DNA of 64,000 bases from Octopus vulgaris (GCA_951406725.2 OX597823.1:69750001-69814000); one strand, 5' to 3'; counted from the first letter of the stretch, positions 1 through 14,412 are shown. Notes: a model not told the origin generated them from the sequence alone. Made by a program: numbers and translations.

Positions 1-13
1 AAATACTATTTCT

Positions 14-458
14 AAGGTGGTGAGCTGGCAGAATCGTTAGCACGCCGGGTGAAATGCTTAGCGGGATTTCGTCTGCCGTTACATTCTGAGTTCAAATTCT
101 GCCGAAGTCGACTTTGCCTTTCCTTCTTTCGGGATCAATTAAATATGTACCAGTTACACACTGGAGTCGATGTAGTCGACTTAATCTCTGTCTTTGTTTG
201 TCCCCTTTATGTTTAGTCCCCTGTGGACAATAAAAAAATAAATACTTCTTAGGAGGCGAGCTGGCAGAATCGCTAGCATGCCGGGCAGTATTTCGCTTGT
301 CTTTACGTTCTGAGTTCAAATGCCGCTGGTGTCGACTTTGCTTTTCATCCTTTTGGGGTCGATAAATTATATACCATTGAAACACTGGGGTCAATGTAAT
401 TGACTGGTCCCCTCTCCCAAAATTTCCTGCCTTGAGTCTATAGTGGAAAGGATTATTC
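14..458 (+). mobile_element. tRNA-derived SINE family A, two units in tandem
   Basis: Head gagctggcagaatcg (A-box-like) and gagttcaaat (B-box-like), then central motif gtcgactttgc..ttc.tc.ttt.ggg.tc.at.aa.ta..tacca. Second unit starts at about 252; homologous to the minus copy at 27761-28163. Confidence 0.85.
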
Positions 459-496
459 TGATAATATTTCTTTTTTTAATTTGACATAACGACGGA

Positions 497-730
497 GCTT
501 CTGCACGATCACTCAATTTGGTATAAATAGCAACCATATCTCTTTCTAATCAAATTAGACGATGTAGAGGGAAGGATACTTTGAATGATATAGTCTGAGC
601 TACATCATTTCTAGAAAATTAATGTAGGAAAATAAAACTGGTGGTCACCGCTAAAGTATTATTGATCATAAGATTGCCTCAACGAGAGGCGACTTGGGTT
701 ATAAAAGAAGCAATAAGAATAACAATAGCT
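497..730 (+). repeat. Dispersed repeat family E (probable retroelement 3' part with aac-rich tail), degenerate
   Basis: Shares aaatagca.cca.atctc...caaat / ggtcac.gct / gatcata / gacttggg.t motifs with copies near 32840, 34400, 37600-37975, 40230 and 61540. Confidence 0.5.
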
Positions 731-1043
731 ATGTATAATAAATAACCCTGTAAAACTTTCAGCGACACCTGTTTCCACTTACCCAAGAGTTCAGATATCA
801 ACTGCTACTGGACCATTTGAAGGAATTTTACACGAATAAGTGAGCCTACACTTGCTCACTAAACTTGCTAAACACAGTATTTTCATCTCTTTTAATTCCT
901 ATCCTACTGTCTTAAGAAATATGAGAGCACTATATCTGGAAATAGATACACGATTATTTTGGGTCATAGATTTGGGGGGAATGATCTATAAGGAATAAAA
1001 TTAAAAGTTATTTTCTATTCCTTTCTACTATAGTCATAAACAC

Positions 1044-1365
1044 GCTGACGGGAAATAACATCATTAGGTGAGACAAGCTGACTGAATCAGCTTCGCTGAC
1101 TGACAGGTGACGGTCGTTTAGAAAAGGCGCGGGCTAAAACTACGCGCCTTCACTAGTCAGTTAAGGTGAGACAGTGTCACGTGACAAAGGGGGCGCCCCG
1201 CCGTCACGTCAAAACGGTAGAGGAGTAGGGGCCGAAACCGGACGGGGTTCCTCCTGATGATGTCTTGAGCTAACTGGATCCTATAAAGGAGCTGTTGAGG
1301 TAGCAGACCACGAAACATGGTTGTAATTCCAGTGCCATTACATTATTGTAATAACTTTAGAGGTA
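1044..1365 (+). ncRNA. GC-rich structured-RNA island with hammerhead-like core
   Basis: Perfect hairpins 1075-1093 and 1124-1150, palindromes tgtcacgtgaca and ggggcgcccc; GTA(1217-1219)-gaggag...ttcctc-CTGATGA(1254-1260)-stem-GAAAC(1312-1316). Confidence 0.45.
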
Positions 1366-1559
1366 TTTTTAATTGTAAGGTACTTTAATTACCAACTATA
1401 ATACATCCAGCTGACACTCGTGAGCAAGTATTCTTTAATGACATACTTTAAATAAATATTGAATGTGCGTCTATATTTGCGACTAGCCGTAGAAACCCTC
1501 TCGTCTCTATTTAACTGTGACTCAATGGCACATTCAGCATGTGAGCACAGCGGGAGAGA

Positions 1560-1718
1560 CGGCTGCACCAGTACCCTGGTTGGTACACGTAGGAATTGTG
1601 CAGCTTGAAGCAATGTCAAATGAAGTGACATGCCCAAGGACACGAACAAGCAACCTGATTCGTACACCCTTATGGTCATGAATCGAAAGTTCTAACGACT
1701 TGCCTAAACACCTTCACA
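1560..1718 (-). mobile_element. Degenerate tRNA/CORE-type SINE (family D-like)
   Basis: Reverse strand begins gtgaaggtg..., contains gtgtccttgggcatgtcactt (CORE-like); similar to 42023-42348 and 60720-60890. Confidence 0.55.
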
Positions 1719-2124
1719 GGTTTACCAAGATTAACACAGAAATAAAATTTTTAAATAACACATTTCATAGTGTGTAGCACTTGGTTATTCTTGCAACTTT
1801 TTGATACTCTGCATCTTCCTAACATTTATGTTGACATGACTGACGGGAAGACTGGCACTAAATTCTGCATTAATTGGTACAAGTCTAGCACTTCCCATTT
1901 GCTCTCTCCTACCAGTAAGTCCTTCACATTTTAAGAAGGAAATGGTCTGAGACCATTAAAACTGTAATTATATATTCTTCCTTTATATATATTTTATCAT
2001 TAATATTTTAAGCAACTATTTAGATCTGCGAACACTGCAGCGTAGGGACTTGTAAACACCAAAATTCATTTTTAATCAAGTCTGCGAATATATTCTTACA
2101 CAAAATTACTTGATGGAAGTATTT

Positions 2125-2495
2125 TCTTTCACTCTTTCACTATTTTTAATCGCATGACAGCAGCCATGCTGGGGGCACCATTTTAAAGTCTTTAGTAGAT
2201 CAAATCATACCTATCACTAAAGTTTAAGTCTCTTACTTATTCTACCAGTCTCGACTACCGAACTGTTAAGTGTAAACAAACACCGGTTACCAGGCTGCGA
2301 AAGAAAAATACAAGCTCAATGACGCACACACACACACACACACACAAACAAACACGGCGGATTTGCTCGCAGTTTACATCTACAAATTCACTAGGATCTA
2401 GCGAAAGACACTTGCTCTGACACTACTAAATGGAACTTATCCATCAAACTGCATAATTGCGAAACAAGCCTGCTAAGCATACAGCTATACCGGCA
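2125..2495 (-). mobile_element. SINE family B (CORE-type, internal microsatellite), degenerate
   Basis: cagccatgctgg.ggcacc, taaacaaacaccggtt, internal (CA)n and gaaagacacttgc match family B copies. Confidence 0.7.
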
Positions 2496-4599
2496 GTATT
2501 CTGTAGTGCTTTAGATAATTTTCCAGTGTTCTACACAATTATTTTCTATTATCTGCATGGAATAACCTGCGTAACACCTTAAAATAAAATTTCTAAATTA
2601 TTGCAAAATCCTTAAAACAAAATCATATACATTTCCTCTTCAATGAGGAATTACAATAATTTCTGCACTAAATAATGCAGGATTTATCGTTGATTGGATT
2701 ACATTCCTGATTATCAGCGTAAAGCAACCTGCCTAAACTTCTAAAAGGAAATTTCTACAGTAATTCACAATTATCTAAGTATCAATATAAACTATAATGT
2801 AAAAAATATATCAGCTATAACATCCTTAAAGAGAAAATTTGAAAATTACAGTCTCCAGCAGAAATCATGTATAACGAAAATCATTACAGAAGATATTTGA
2901 CAAAGGCTTCTTATGTGAATAACATATAAGAACATGAATATTGCTTATGTAACATATTTTGATGTTTTCCGTTTTGTAAGTTTTTAGTTTATTTTTCTTT
3001 TAGCTTTCAGAACAGCTTTAAATTGAAATTACTAATACAGCGAATGTGATACAAATTAATCCTCTATGCAACTATATATTTAATCTTGCGCAAGCATAGG
3101 AATTACGTTTTGCTTGGAATTTCTTCGTAAAATATCTTGGTTCAAAAACTATGCTGAATTTTTCATCTTAAACACATTCTTGTTTCAATTCAACACAAAC
3201 ATATGAAGAATTATATAGACGATTGAATAACAAGATAACATCCACACAAATTTAACTGTAGTAAGAAACTCTCAAAAGAGCTGAACAACAGGTTTTCAGA
3301 CAAGAAGCAGCCCTCGGGGAAGTGTTTTGGTCTTTAACTTCTTAAGCTCTAAGAGGGCCGGACCGCATCCAGATCATGACTCCTGGGTGCCCCTCCGCTT
3401 TTAGATTTTAGCCACTTAGATATCGGATACTTGGAGATATCAGAGCATGGAGATTTCATTTAGTTATAACTCGCCCCTGTCAAACTACTAGTCGAATAAG
3501 ATATAACGTTGGTCGTCATGGTAGCAAGTAACGTCAACGCTCCCACAGTGACTCAGAGTTACTTCCCTTAGTGTTAAAATACAAAAATATTGTTTTCAAA
3601 CGATGCTGGGATATTAAAGGCCTAAAATGTCATGGAATAAGAATATTGTTGACACCAACTGGTAGTATTTTACCCCCTGCTCCTCTAGTTTGGAACTTTT
3701 ACGCCTCTCGTTAAAACTACATACTATTCTGCACACAATATCTGGTTTGTTCTTGCAGTGTGAAGCAGAAAACTCTATTGAGGTGTTCATTAATCACACA
3801 TTCTTGTAACAACGTTTCGTGTGCCTTCATGAACTGACGTTTTGCAAACCTCAGCTCCCTGTAACGCATTAGTGTGGGGATCCTAGTAATACTGTTATGA
3901 GTGCCGCGTTATTGTTCTACCTAGTAAGTCATAATTTTCATCCATCAACTCACTAACGGCTAAGAATAGTGCAAATCAATACAATAATTCTACCGAAAGA
4001 AGAATCTACGTTTTAATCTATTTTATATCGTCTGAAAATAAATTTCATAAATAACCAGGCTGATCTCATAGACTTGTTCGAAATAGACGATTCTATCGCA
4101 AATAGGAAATTATCGATAAAAGGCGAATTTATTTTTTCTGGTTTTGTTTTTCTGGAATATTTCTCTTCAAAATTTATATTCAATTAATTCTTTCGTGCTA
4201 TAGACATTTTTAACCGACCCCCCCCACACACACACACACAACACACACTTATATAATCGCATAAACAACAAGCATACACATACGCACACGTGTATGTGTG
4301 TGTGTATAAAGTTTTGAAAACTAAGTTGACTGTAGCTTACTGAGCCCCCGCTTAGAACTCACTGTCAACTTGTTTTCCTGTAGTAATTAATAAATACGTG
4401 CCCTACTACGAATTGAGTAATCCTTCAGTTTCAGATTTTATTTTTTTACATTGGTAAATTGTTTTAAATATAACTTCACATAAACAGCGAATATGTGTGT
4501 GTGTGTGTGTTCATCTAGTTAGGGAGCAATGTCTTGTTTAAGCCTGTATTGATAAAAACATGTTTATGTCCTAAGCTTACGTTTTAAATTAAGTTATTT

Positions 4600-6105
4600 T
4601 CATAGTTCCTTATGCGTTCTTGGCAGTTTATTGGAATAATTAACTTCTCCAATCCATCAATGTTTGTACATTTTCACAGTTTCATCTTCCGAATGTTACT
4701 AGAGGGAGTAGATGATTTTTTTTTCATAGTAAGTAAATGTGAATTCTGTAGATTTCACTGCTGGGATATAATCCTTTGCTCTATGTCATCAGTTATGTGT
4801 TTATTTTGTTTCTATTTTAGTATTGCAGTGTTATGAGTAATGTTTCCATTATTGTCGTCTTATTTCTTGTGAGGAATTCCATACAATATAAATGTACTTT
4901 CCACTAAAGTTGCCTATCTCGATTTGTTTTTCTGCTATATAGCGGAGAGTGTTGCGATTGCTTCCTGCTGTATTTGCATAGGAAGGCAATGGGGTAATGT
5001 TATGTTAGTATGTCTAATATAACATTTGGAATAAAGTAGTTTGCAACTATTGGGTTACAATCGAATTTATAAACAGTATCAGGGATTTGTGTATTGGTCA
5101 ACCGTTACATTCCTGTAGTTTGGTGTTCACAAATAGTTTCTAAATTCTATTGTATTATATTTTTCTATACCATATTTTAATTTCAAGTGGTGAGCTAGCA
5201 GAATCGTAAGTACTCAGTAATTCATCAAGTTCTTTACGCTCTGAGTTCAAATTCTGGCGTGATCGACGGTGCCTTTGTTACTTTTGAGGTCGATAAAACG
5301 AGTAGGAGTTCAATATTGGGTCTGATTAAATCGGCTTACAATTGCTGGCACTGTCCCAAAATTGGAAAGTACTACATCAGTTTTGTATTATATTATTGGT
5401 ATAGATTGTTTGATGTGATATATATTATGATATGCTCCTTGTAATATATTTATGCGTTCAGCTGCTCAATAAATCAATACGTATTTAATTTATATAATAC
5501 ATTTATGTATGGTTTGTTTAATTTTAATATCTGATGTTTCTATTGCATTGTGTTCGCCCTTGTATATTTCGCTGACTTCGTCTACTAATCTACTAGAATA
5601 TTCAACATATTCGAGATTCTATATTTTAAAAAAAATGTATATCTCACACTTGATTTGTGGAAGACAATATAAAGGTTTTCGAAATAAGGGTTTATCACAG
5701 GCGTTTTGTGGCTGTGATACAGTTCGTTGCCGTCATGTAAGTATACATATTTCTGTGTCTTGATGTACACGGATGTGATAAACCTATTATGGAGGTTTTC
5801 TACACAGAAAGTTGTTCATGTTTATGTGAGACTGGATGTTGAATTTTAGTGGGTAGTTGTTTTTAGGTCCTCTTTAATTCTTCAAATATTCTATGGGAAT
5901 ACTACTCCCATAACATATGCACATTTTTTGTTTGTGAATTGGTGCTACGTTGTTCTGTATTGTAGTTTCATAGAATGATCTTGATTTATGTATGTTTTGA
6001 AATAGGATTTCAAATGAAATACGTAATACTTACAGTACGTTATAATTGATTAATATTTCCCTCTGACACCTTTGGAGTAAAGTTGCAAATACATCACCGT
6101 TTAAT
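4600..6105 (-). mobile_element. Highly degenerate Penelope-like element ORF relic, interrupted by a family A SINE at about 5186-5365
   Basis: Minus-strand remnants resembling PLE motifs: CNFTPK (GLNF.PTP-like, ~6080), YCLPQIK (Y.LPKIHK-like, ~5650), NNLY (D..LYTNI-like, ~5410). Many stops and frameshifts. Confidence 0.4.
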
Positions 6106-6244
6106 TTAGGCAAGCGCATGGCCACTCCATCATCTCGCCTATACTGCTGTCGGATACATGCATACAGAAGTGTGTGTGTGTGTGTGTGTAAATATATATA
6201 TAATGCACATATAGTTATGCATATATGTTAATATATAGATATAG

Positions 6245-6421
6245 TATAGATAGATAGATAGAAAGATAGGTAGGTAGGTAGGCAGGTAGGTAGGTAGGTA
6301 GGTAGATAGATAGATAAAGCTCTGTACAGAAGTTGTTTACGAGTAACGGTAGTGGTTTCTTTCTCTTTCTGTGTATATGTATTATATAGTATAAATAAAT
6401 ACTTTGCATATATATGTATGT

Positions 6422-6500
<79 letters not shown>
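6245..6500. repeat. Compound microsatellites (GATA)n/(GGTA)n, (CA)n(TA)n
   Basis: Directly visible. Confidence 0.95.
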
Positions 6501-6502
<2 letters not shown>

Positions 6503-7894
6503 AATACGCATGAAATACAGAACACACTAACGAGCGAAAACACATATACACACGAGAGACAATTACAGGACAAAATACCAAAAAAACACACGAGAGACAA
6601 TTACAGGACAAAATACCAAAAAAATACACAATAAGAACCGGATATCAACATAACGAGAGAGAAGTACGGGACAAAACGCCAAAAGAAGTATAACTACTCC
6701 TCAGTTGTTGACTGTTTATTAATCCCTATTTCGAGCTTTCAACGACAAGATAGGAAAACTTCATAAGGCAGCAGCATGCAGAAATTTTAAAAATACAAAA
6801 AATTTATGGAGAGTTAGGGCTTCGAACGAACAAACAGCAATAGAGTGGACGTACAGAATAAACAATCGACGAAGACAAGCATTAAGGGCCGTTAGGCCAA
6901 GACGCATTTTAATGGGTAACGCCTATGAGAAATTTTGAAAGGATATAGAATATATATATGCCTTATATATAAATATATTAATAAGTTTGACTCACTTCAA
7001 TACCACTTAGAGTTTCATGGGCGTGTAGGAAAGGGATCCATCTCATCAGATATTGGGAGAAGAGTAGTGGATTTGAGACAAATTCAAAATAGCTTTTAGA
7101 TATTAGGTTTCTACTCATCATCTCAGATCATGTGGTATTAATGATATGAAAAGAACACAGAACTTTTCTTTATTCTTACGCCCACGTGCTCGACCACAAC
7201 GTTTGCAAGGAGCTCTCACCACTAAGGCAGCGAGCTGTATAGTGTGCTCAGTGATATTAGTTCATTATATGTGACAACCCACAAGCTAGGGTGGGCTCTG
7301 CTGTTGCAGATTAGCCGCTCAGTCGCAGTTCAAGGAAGTCCTAAAACATTAGCGGTTGCAGTCTTTAGTTGGGAGTAGGCAGATTTGATGCTGTTAGATT
7401 AAAATTGAAACTGGATAATCATCATGGGTGTGGCTGCAGTCAATAAGGTTGCAAGAATTAAAGGTTAATGTTGATATTATTACCCGGAAACAAAATCGAA
7501 AAGAAAATAATGCAACTGGTGTAAAAAAAAAAAAAAAAATGGTATAGGAAACGAATATTAAAACAAAAATGCCCGGAAAGCAACGGGGCTAGGGAGAGGC
7601 CTTCGGAAATTCACAAGATCCTATGTTTTACCCTCATAACTTTTAGGAAAATCGGGGTTTTTTTATAAAATTTGATATAAATGCCTTTTAAACGGTATAA
7701 ACTACGATTATCAAGAAATTTGTTGGGAAAATCTTTTCTCAGGGGTAGGGAGAGGTCTTCGGAAAATTCACTGATCCGAGTTTTTCCATCGTAACCTTGA
7801 GGATTTTGAAATCACAAATTAGGCTTTACCTCGGGAACTTAGATGCAAAACATCCCTTTGAAGGGTTCGGGTCCTTATTTCTACTATACATATA

Positions 7895-8137
7895 TTGTTT
7901 GTTCCTTCTGAAGCCCTGCCTGGCTCATAAGGGCCAGTTTCCCGGCTTTCTTGGCGTATAGGTTCCCCCCCACCTGGACGGGACGCCGGTCCGTCACAGG
8001 TGAGCTGCAAGATGCAGGAGGAAAGAGTGGGAGAAAGTAGTGGCGAAATAGTCAGCAGAAGTTCGCCATTACCTTCTGCCCGGTCTGAGATTCGAACCCG
8101 CGAGTCCGCTGCCCTAACCACAACGCCATGTGCCCTA

Positions 8138-8139
<2 letters not shown>
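7895..8139 (-). mobile_element. tRNA-derived SINE family C
   Basis: Reverse strand ggttagggcagcggactcgcgggttcgaatctcagaccggg (A/B boxes); body matches 36468-36739; aacaaacaa tail. Confidence 0.85.
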
Positions 8140-8201
<62 letters not shown>

Positions 8202-8208
8202 GAGAGAG

Positions 8209-8257
<49 letters not shown>

Positions 8258-8829
8258 TATGTGTGTATATATATATATGTATGGGTGTGTACGCGTGTTT
8301 GTGTGTGTGTGTGTAGTTTTGTACGGGTTACTCAGAAGAAAATGATGATGAAAGCTACTTTACAGAGTTCTAATTTTATTTTTAAATATAAGCGTTTACG
8401 ATCTGAAATATCTTATTTTTAAATTCTTTAGTACTCGGAAGCAATTGTAATATACCTAATTGTTTTCCATGCTAAATATCTTAATTAATCGTACCAATAT
8501 ATAAATTAATTTACTAATGATAAAGATAAATAAATCAATAAGTCTTCGTGACAAATATTTATTTCGTTCACACGTTATTCGGATATATTGACTTAACCTC
8601 TTTTACCTTTCACCATTAACAAATACACAGCCTTAATGTCTTCAGCAATAAAAGTTTCTGCGTTCCTACCTTTAGCAATGGCCGTTGATGAGAATCAAAT
8701 TAAATAGCCACAACCGGCAATCGAACTTGATTTGATTATTTAGATATTCAGAACCACATCACCTACGCTACTGTGCTTGCCTAATTAATTGAGATTTTCT
8801 GGTTATTGTTGTTTATCAAATCATTTATT

Positions 8830-8960
8830 ACGGTCTTGATTTATGTACTTTCCGAAAATAGGATATCAAATGAAAGGTGTTATACTAGAACACCTAATAC
8901 TTGATTAATATTTCCCTCTGACACTCTGGGAGCAAAGTGGCAAATTTATCACTGTTTAAA
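8830..8960 (-). repeat. Second copy of the 5975-6105 segment (probable Penelope-like N-terminal relic)
   Basis: tcttgatttatgta...ttgattaatatttccctctgacac...aaagt.gcaaat shared by both copies. Confidence 0.5.
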
Positions 8961-11747
8961 TCGCAGTCCATTAAAACTTGATGGATAACACATTTGACAA
9001 GTGATAATGTAGTGTCATGTGGTTTATTCCAAGGAAATAAATCATGAGATTTTTATTTTGAAATATCAATGTGGTAGATGTTGATTAATATTTAATTTGT
9101 TTTGTTTTGTTATTTTCATTTTTTTTCTACATTCCATATCTTTCTTTCTGGACGTTGACTTTTTAAAATACATAATTCTCTGTTGACAATATTTATTAGT
9201 AACATTTGCAACAAGAGAATGTGTAACAATAAAAATATAATGATGTCTACTACGGGTCATTGAGAGCAACACTGGACATTTGATCTTTTCCTATGTAGTA
9301 CACCAAGGGGAAATCAGCCTAATTATCACCTTCCTGTCTCTGAAAATAATTTCAATAAAACTCGAATTAAATTATATAGTGCCCTAGTTGGTGACAGTGG
9401 GGGTACAGTGATGCGTCATCATGCGATATTTGTTTAAAGCAGAGGGAAATGAATGTGTGGAAGAGTGACAGAAGTACTTTAGTGAAAAATAATTTGCAGC
9501 ACCGGTGATACGACAGGACGTTTCCAGCCTCCTCTCCCTCTTTTTCTATAGATTTCACACACCAAGTATAAACAGAACCAGGATATGTATTCAATGAAAT
9601 ATACGTCAACAACTGTCCTTTACTTCTTAACGTGCCAGGCGATTGGCCTGCAAAATTATATACAGGCTACAAATTGCTAACTGGATCTAGATTAGAATAT
9701 AAAAAGCCTTGATAATCCAATACACTACATAATATATTTAACATATGGCAGTGTAAATCTTCACTAGTTTTGTAATGAACATTCACGTTTTCCTATTGGT
9801 GTTTGGAAAGTTACAATACAATCAGTTAGGCGTTAATATCGGGATGATGGCTTAATTACCGATATAGTAAAATCTGGAATGTGAGAGAATTGGTGGTACC
9901 CTGCCACAACAACAACCACGACATAGACAATTCTCTTGAAGAGTTTCATGAGTTTGTTGCCGTTGGCGGATAATCAAATGTAAAGCCTTGTTTTATTAAA
10001 CTTGCTGATTTACTCAGGTAACCGAATCTCTCAAACTGGCAACCAGAAAAAAAGAAAAGAAAATGTGTAGGTGGAGTCAAGAAATGTTGCGTTAATTGGT
10101 GTGAATTAAATGTCATTAAAAGAAAGTTTCTACTATTCTTAAAACGGGTCGTTACTTTTCAAGGTACAATATTTATTTTCAAGGTACAATATTTATTTTC
10201 CTGCATTTACAGTACCAGTATTTTATTAAGTTCATCAAGCTTGTTTTTTACTAATATTATATTTTTATGTCTTTTTATTTCTCTCATTTCTAATATATTC
10301 AGAATATTATTGATAATACTGACGCATGTATAGAGTTTATTGAGATATGTAAGGTGTTATTTTAAATTAAATAGCGATTATCAGATATCCATAAAATTCA
10401 GTTATCCGCCAAGCCTCTCATCCCAGTGGTACTTGATAGGAGGTAATTTAATGATTAAAGATTGGGTGCTTTGATGCAAAAGCATTTAGGGATTCCTAAA
10501 ACTTTCTTTTATTTTACTGTTTAAAGATGCATTAGTAGTAGAAATTCTACGTCGTCTAATTTCTATGTCTTTTAATGCATAGATTTTGAGCATAACATTA
10601 TTTTATTGTATTAACGATTTGGATTATATCTACGACTTTGATCCCGAGTTAGGGTTCTTGAAAGCATAACACTTGGGTATATTTCATTATGTTAAATATT
10701 TTTATTACGATCTTAATTTCGGTTGTTGAACGTGTAACATTCGAACTCACGTAATAGCAAGTAGAATATTATAGATGCTCAGGGAACAAATGACATTGGT
10801 AACACTGAAATTGCGAAGAGCAAAGGTTGAATTATCTCTCACCTCTTTATTTAGAGCAGCACAAAACAATTATACGAATACATTCTTATACAAAATGAAT
10901 TAACACATTTTCTATATTCTATATACTGTGTAATTATCTTATATAACAATAGCGCCAAATTACGATATCAATAACAAGCTACAAACCATCGACCTTTCTA
11001 ATAGAAGGTGAGCACCATATCTGATCATCCATCTGCGACTCTCTCAATACACAATATAATTAAAATTATTATGAAGAATCCTACAAGCAAAAGTGCTTCA
11101 CTTATAATTTGTAATGACACCTTATATTTACAGAAGAAACATTTGTGATTCTAAGATAGCAAATTTGAATAGACTTTGTCTTCTAAACTCGGCTTCATTA
11201 CTTAAATATCATTAAAAGCAAATTGAACAAGCTAAACACAATATACTGCACTTCATAGGAACACCGCAAGTGGTATAACTGATGAAACCTATGTGGTATC
11301 TTTCAAACATCTTCCAATCTATCAGCTTCAAATTCTTAATACATTGAGGTGAATTTATTAGAGCTGTAATTTTCCCTGAATTTGGCCATGTTTCATAATA
11401 TTAAGATTAATGATATATATCACTACATCAAAAACTATAAGTGTGCTGCCTAAATATAACATAATTTTAATGTAATAATTACTGAATAATATTAGCTGTG
11501 TGGTTGAAATCAAATATAGATTTAATAACGGAGAAAGATTAATCTCTAATCTTTTACTATCTTATCAAGAAATCTTGATTTTATTCTCACGTTTAGTTTC
11601 AACCTTTACCAACCCGTCACCACCTGATCACCGTTTAATCATTAAAGTAAATCTAATTTAATCCTATTGCATTACAGCGCAATAGGATGAACCGAACTTT
11701 GTAATGTCGAACACATCTTACCCTGACTATGTGCATATATAGATATG

Positions 11748-11789
<42 letters not shown>

Positions 11790-12624
11790 TGTGTCTGTGT
11801 GTAAGCGCAGATGTAGCTGTATGGTTAAGAAGTTACTATCTCATTCCGAACCACGTAGGTTTACATTCGCCAATGAATGTATAACTGTATGTAAGTATAT
11901 GCATCTTTCTCTCCTCTACACACACACATACAAACACTTGAATACACACTCACGTGTACACACACCCAGAGACACACAAATACACACACATACATGCACA
12001 AATACATATGATAAGTTTCAATTCTCACGTGAGATGATAGGGTAAAACATCAAACTAAGAACAATGAACAGATGTGTCCTGCTAAACCCTCATTCGACGA
12101 AGCGATGGCAGTCCAATAAAAAAATAATGTGTGTGTTTGTGTGTGTGTATGTGGGTGTGCGTTTGTGTGTATGTATGTGTGTATATGTGTGTGAAGTCTA
12201 ATTGTGTTTATCTGCATCACATCCTCCACATCAGCTCGTATTGGATTTCTTCTGTAGCCGCTCTTGACGCAGTGGATCTAGTTCTAGCTGAGGAATTCGG
12301 AGTTTACGTTCAAATTCATTTGAGCACTTCTACTTGTTCTTTTTTTTTATATTGAGTATATCTGGCGCTCAACTAGCGTCTGTATATATGTGTGTGTGTG
12401 CGTGTGTGTGTGTGTGTGTGTGATTGTGTGTGTGTATGTGTAAGTGTGTGTATAATATTTGTGTGGGTGTGAGTATGTAGATACACTCACGCACGCACAT
12501 AGTTGCACTGAACCTGGATACATATTTGTGTGTCCCACCACCGTTTGACAGCCGATGTTGGTGTGTCTATCTCCCTGTAACTTAATTCCAGCAAAAGACA
12601 CCGATAGATAGACAGGGAGGGAGA

Positions 12625-13544
12625 ATCTTAGAGATGACGGAGCATTTGGAATTCCAGTAATTGACAACATTGAGGGATACATTGATCGTGTTCAGCACAT
12701 GGTGATGGTTGATAGGCGATTAACTATAAATGAAATAGCCAATGTTATTAGCATATCCATGAGAGAGTTCAGAATATTCTGCGCAATGAACTTGGCATGA
12801 CGAAGGTTTCTGCTCGGTGGATGCTACCTTTTTGGACATTTGATCAAAAGTGCATTAGGCAGATCCCATCATTGGAAAATCTAACATTGCTTCAGGCATA
12901 TCCAGTTACTTCCCTTGGACATTTCCTAACCCAGGATGAGTGTTGGATTCATTACTTTGAGCTAGAGGCAAAGAGGCAATCCATGCAATGGAAGCACTCC
13001 CGCCTCACCTGCTCCAAATAACTCAAAGTCCTTTCGTCCGTGGGGAATGCAATTGCCTCAGTATTGGTGGGATGAGAAAGGCAATATGGAAAGGACCACA
13101 TTATCAATGGAGAGTATTGTGCTAATTTGCTGAGGTAGTTATGAAAGGGTATCAAGAAGAAACGTCTAGAAAACTGACAAAAGGAATCTTATTTTTATCA
13201 GGACAATGCTCAAGCATTGTCCTGATGGCTACTGTGCATGACTGGCTTTCAACAGGTTGGTCAGCCTCCCTATTCCCCTGTTTCGGCCCCATCTGATTAT
13301 CATCTGTCCTCCAAAATTTTAAAAAAAAACTTTAGACTGGGAACCAGTATCGCAGTGATAATGATTCATATTTGCTGTTGATAACTGTTTTTATCAACAG
13401 GATGAAAGTTCCTTCGCCAATGCACTGCAACACCGATGGACAAAGCGTGTGAACTGCAAGGGGACTATGTTAAAACATAAACTTCATTTGGTCACATTCC
13501 ATCAGATTATCCTGGTTAGACTATGAAAATTTCAGCGACCCTAG
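12625..13544 (+). mobile_element. Degenerate mariner (DD34D) element, 5' truncated
   Basis: MTKVSARW, FLTQDECWIHYF, QDNA, PYSPVSAPSDYHL and RWTKRVNCKGDYV remnants; terminus ttcagcgaccctag followed by TA. Same family as 43933-44951. Confidence 0.85.
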
Positions 13545-13832
13545 TATATAGAAATCTCATGTCAAAAATGTTTAACTTATATTTAACATAAATATAGATT
13601 GATAAACATATAGCTGTCTGAAATGAATAGTGGATCGTATAGATACAGTTTGCACCAGCTCCTGCAAGAGATCAGTGCCGAATCAATGATGTCAGATGAG
13701 TGAAAAATAATTAAAGAATGAGAAATAGATTTTTTGGAAAAATCAGATAGCCACAGACACAAATAGGTAGATAGATAAGTAGCTATATATACAAATACAC
13801 ACACAGACATACACATACTCACACAAACAGAC

Positions 13833-13864
<32 letters not shown>

Positions 13865-14316
13865 CCAGATAGAATCTATAACCTTGTAAAAGTTTTTCTT
13901 GCCTTTGAGATTTTAATGGCTATTTATCAAACGGTGTTCGCGGCATATACTCGTATATCTGTAGTGAAAACCACAGCTTATATGTACAATTTTGCGAGCG
14001 TTTTTTGTACGACATCAAGAGAATTTGAATTGACCCATCGGAGAATAGCAACTTCTGACAGTCAGAAAGCAATCAATCATTTGTTTGAAGAATCTTTTCA
14101 ACGACGCTTGTTCACAGAGCCACTATCTACAGCCAATGGTATCGATTGCATAACGTAGTCAGAACATCATTCAGAGAATAAAATGCCGTGTTAAATAGGG
14201 GTATATCTGTTTCTCAAACCTTTAAGCATTATTTCTTTATTTTTACTAGTATTATACGATGTATCTAGATAAGTAAGTGCAGGCTTCCAGCCACATAGTC
14301 TCAGGTTCTGTTTCAC

Positions 14317-14317
14317 T

Positions 14318-14412
<95 letters not shown>
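14317..14412. repeat. (GATA)n microsatellite
   Basis: Directly visible. Confidence 0.95.

Noticed and set aside
3300-3640. GC-elevated block with gagttacttccctt, reminiscent of mollusc Helitron-derived repeats
   Set aside because: No termini and no second copy in the window.
6545-6685. 34-bp tandem duplication with a degenerate third unit; also ~22-bp duplications near 10155 and 17630
   Set aside because: Ordinary slippage-type duplications with no further structure.
7570-7880. Two ggggtagggagagg.cttcggaaa.ttcac units with an upstream cccg..cggg-CTAG
   Set aside because: Possibly a Helitron fragment, but the CTAG overlaps the repeat unit and no matching 5' end is visible.
9800-9890. YRDDGL motif resembling the Penelope RT active site
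   Set aside because: Only six residues with no extendable frame; too weak to call.
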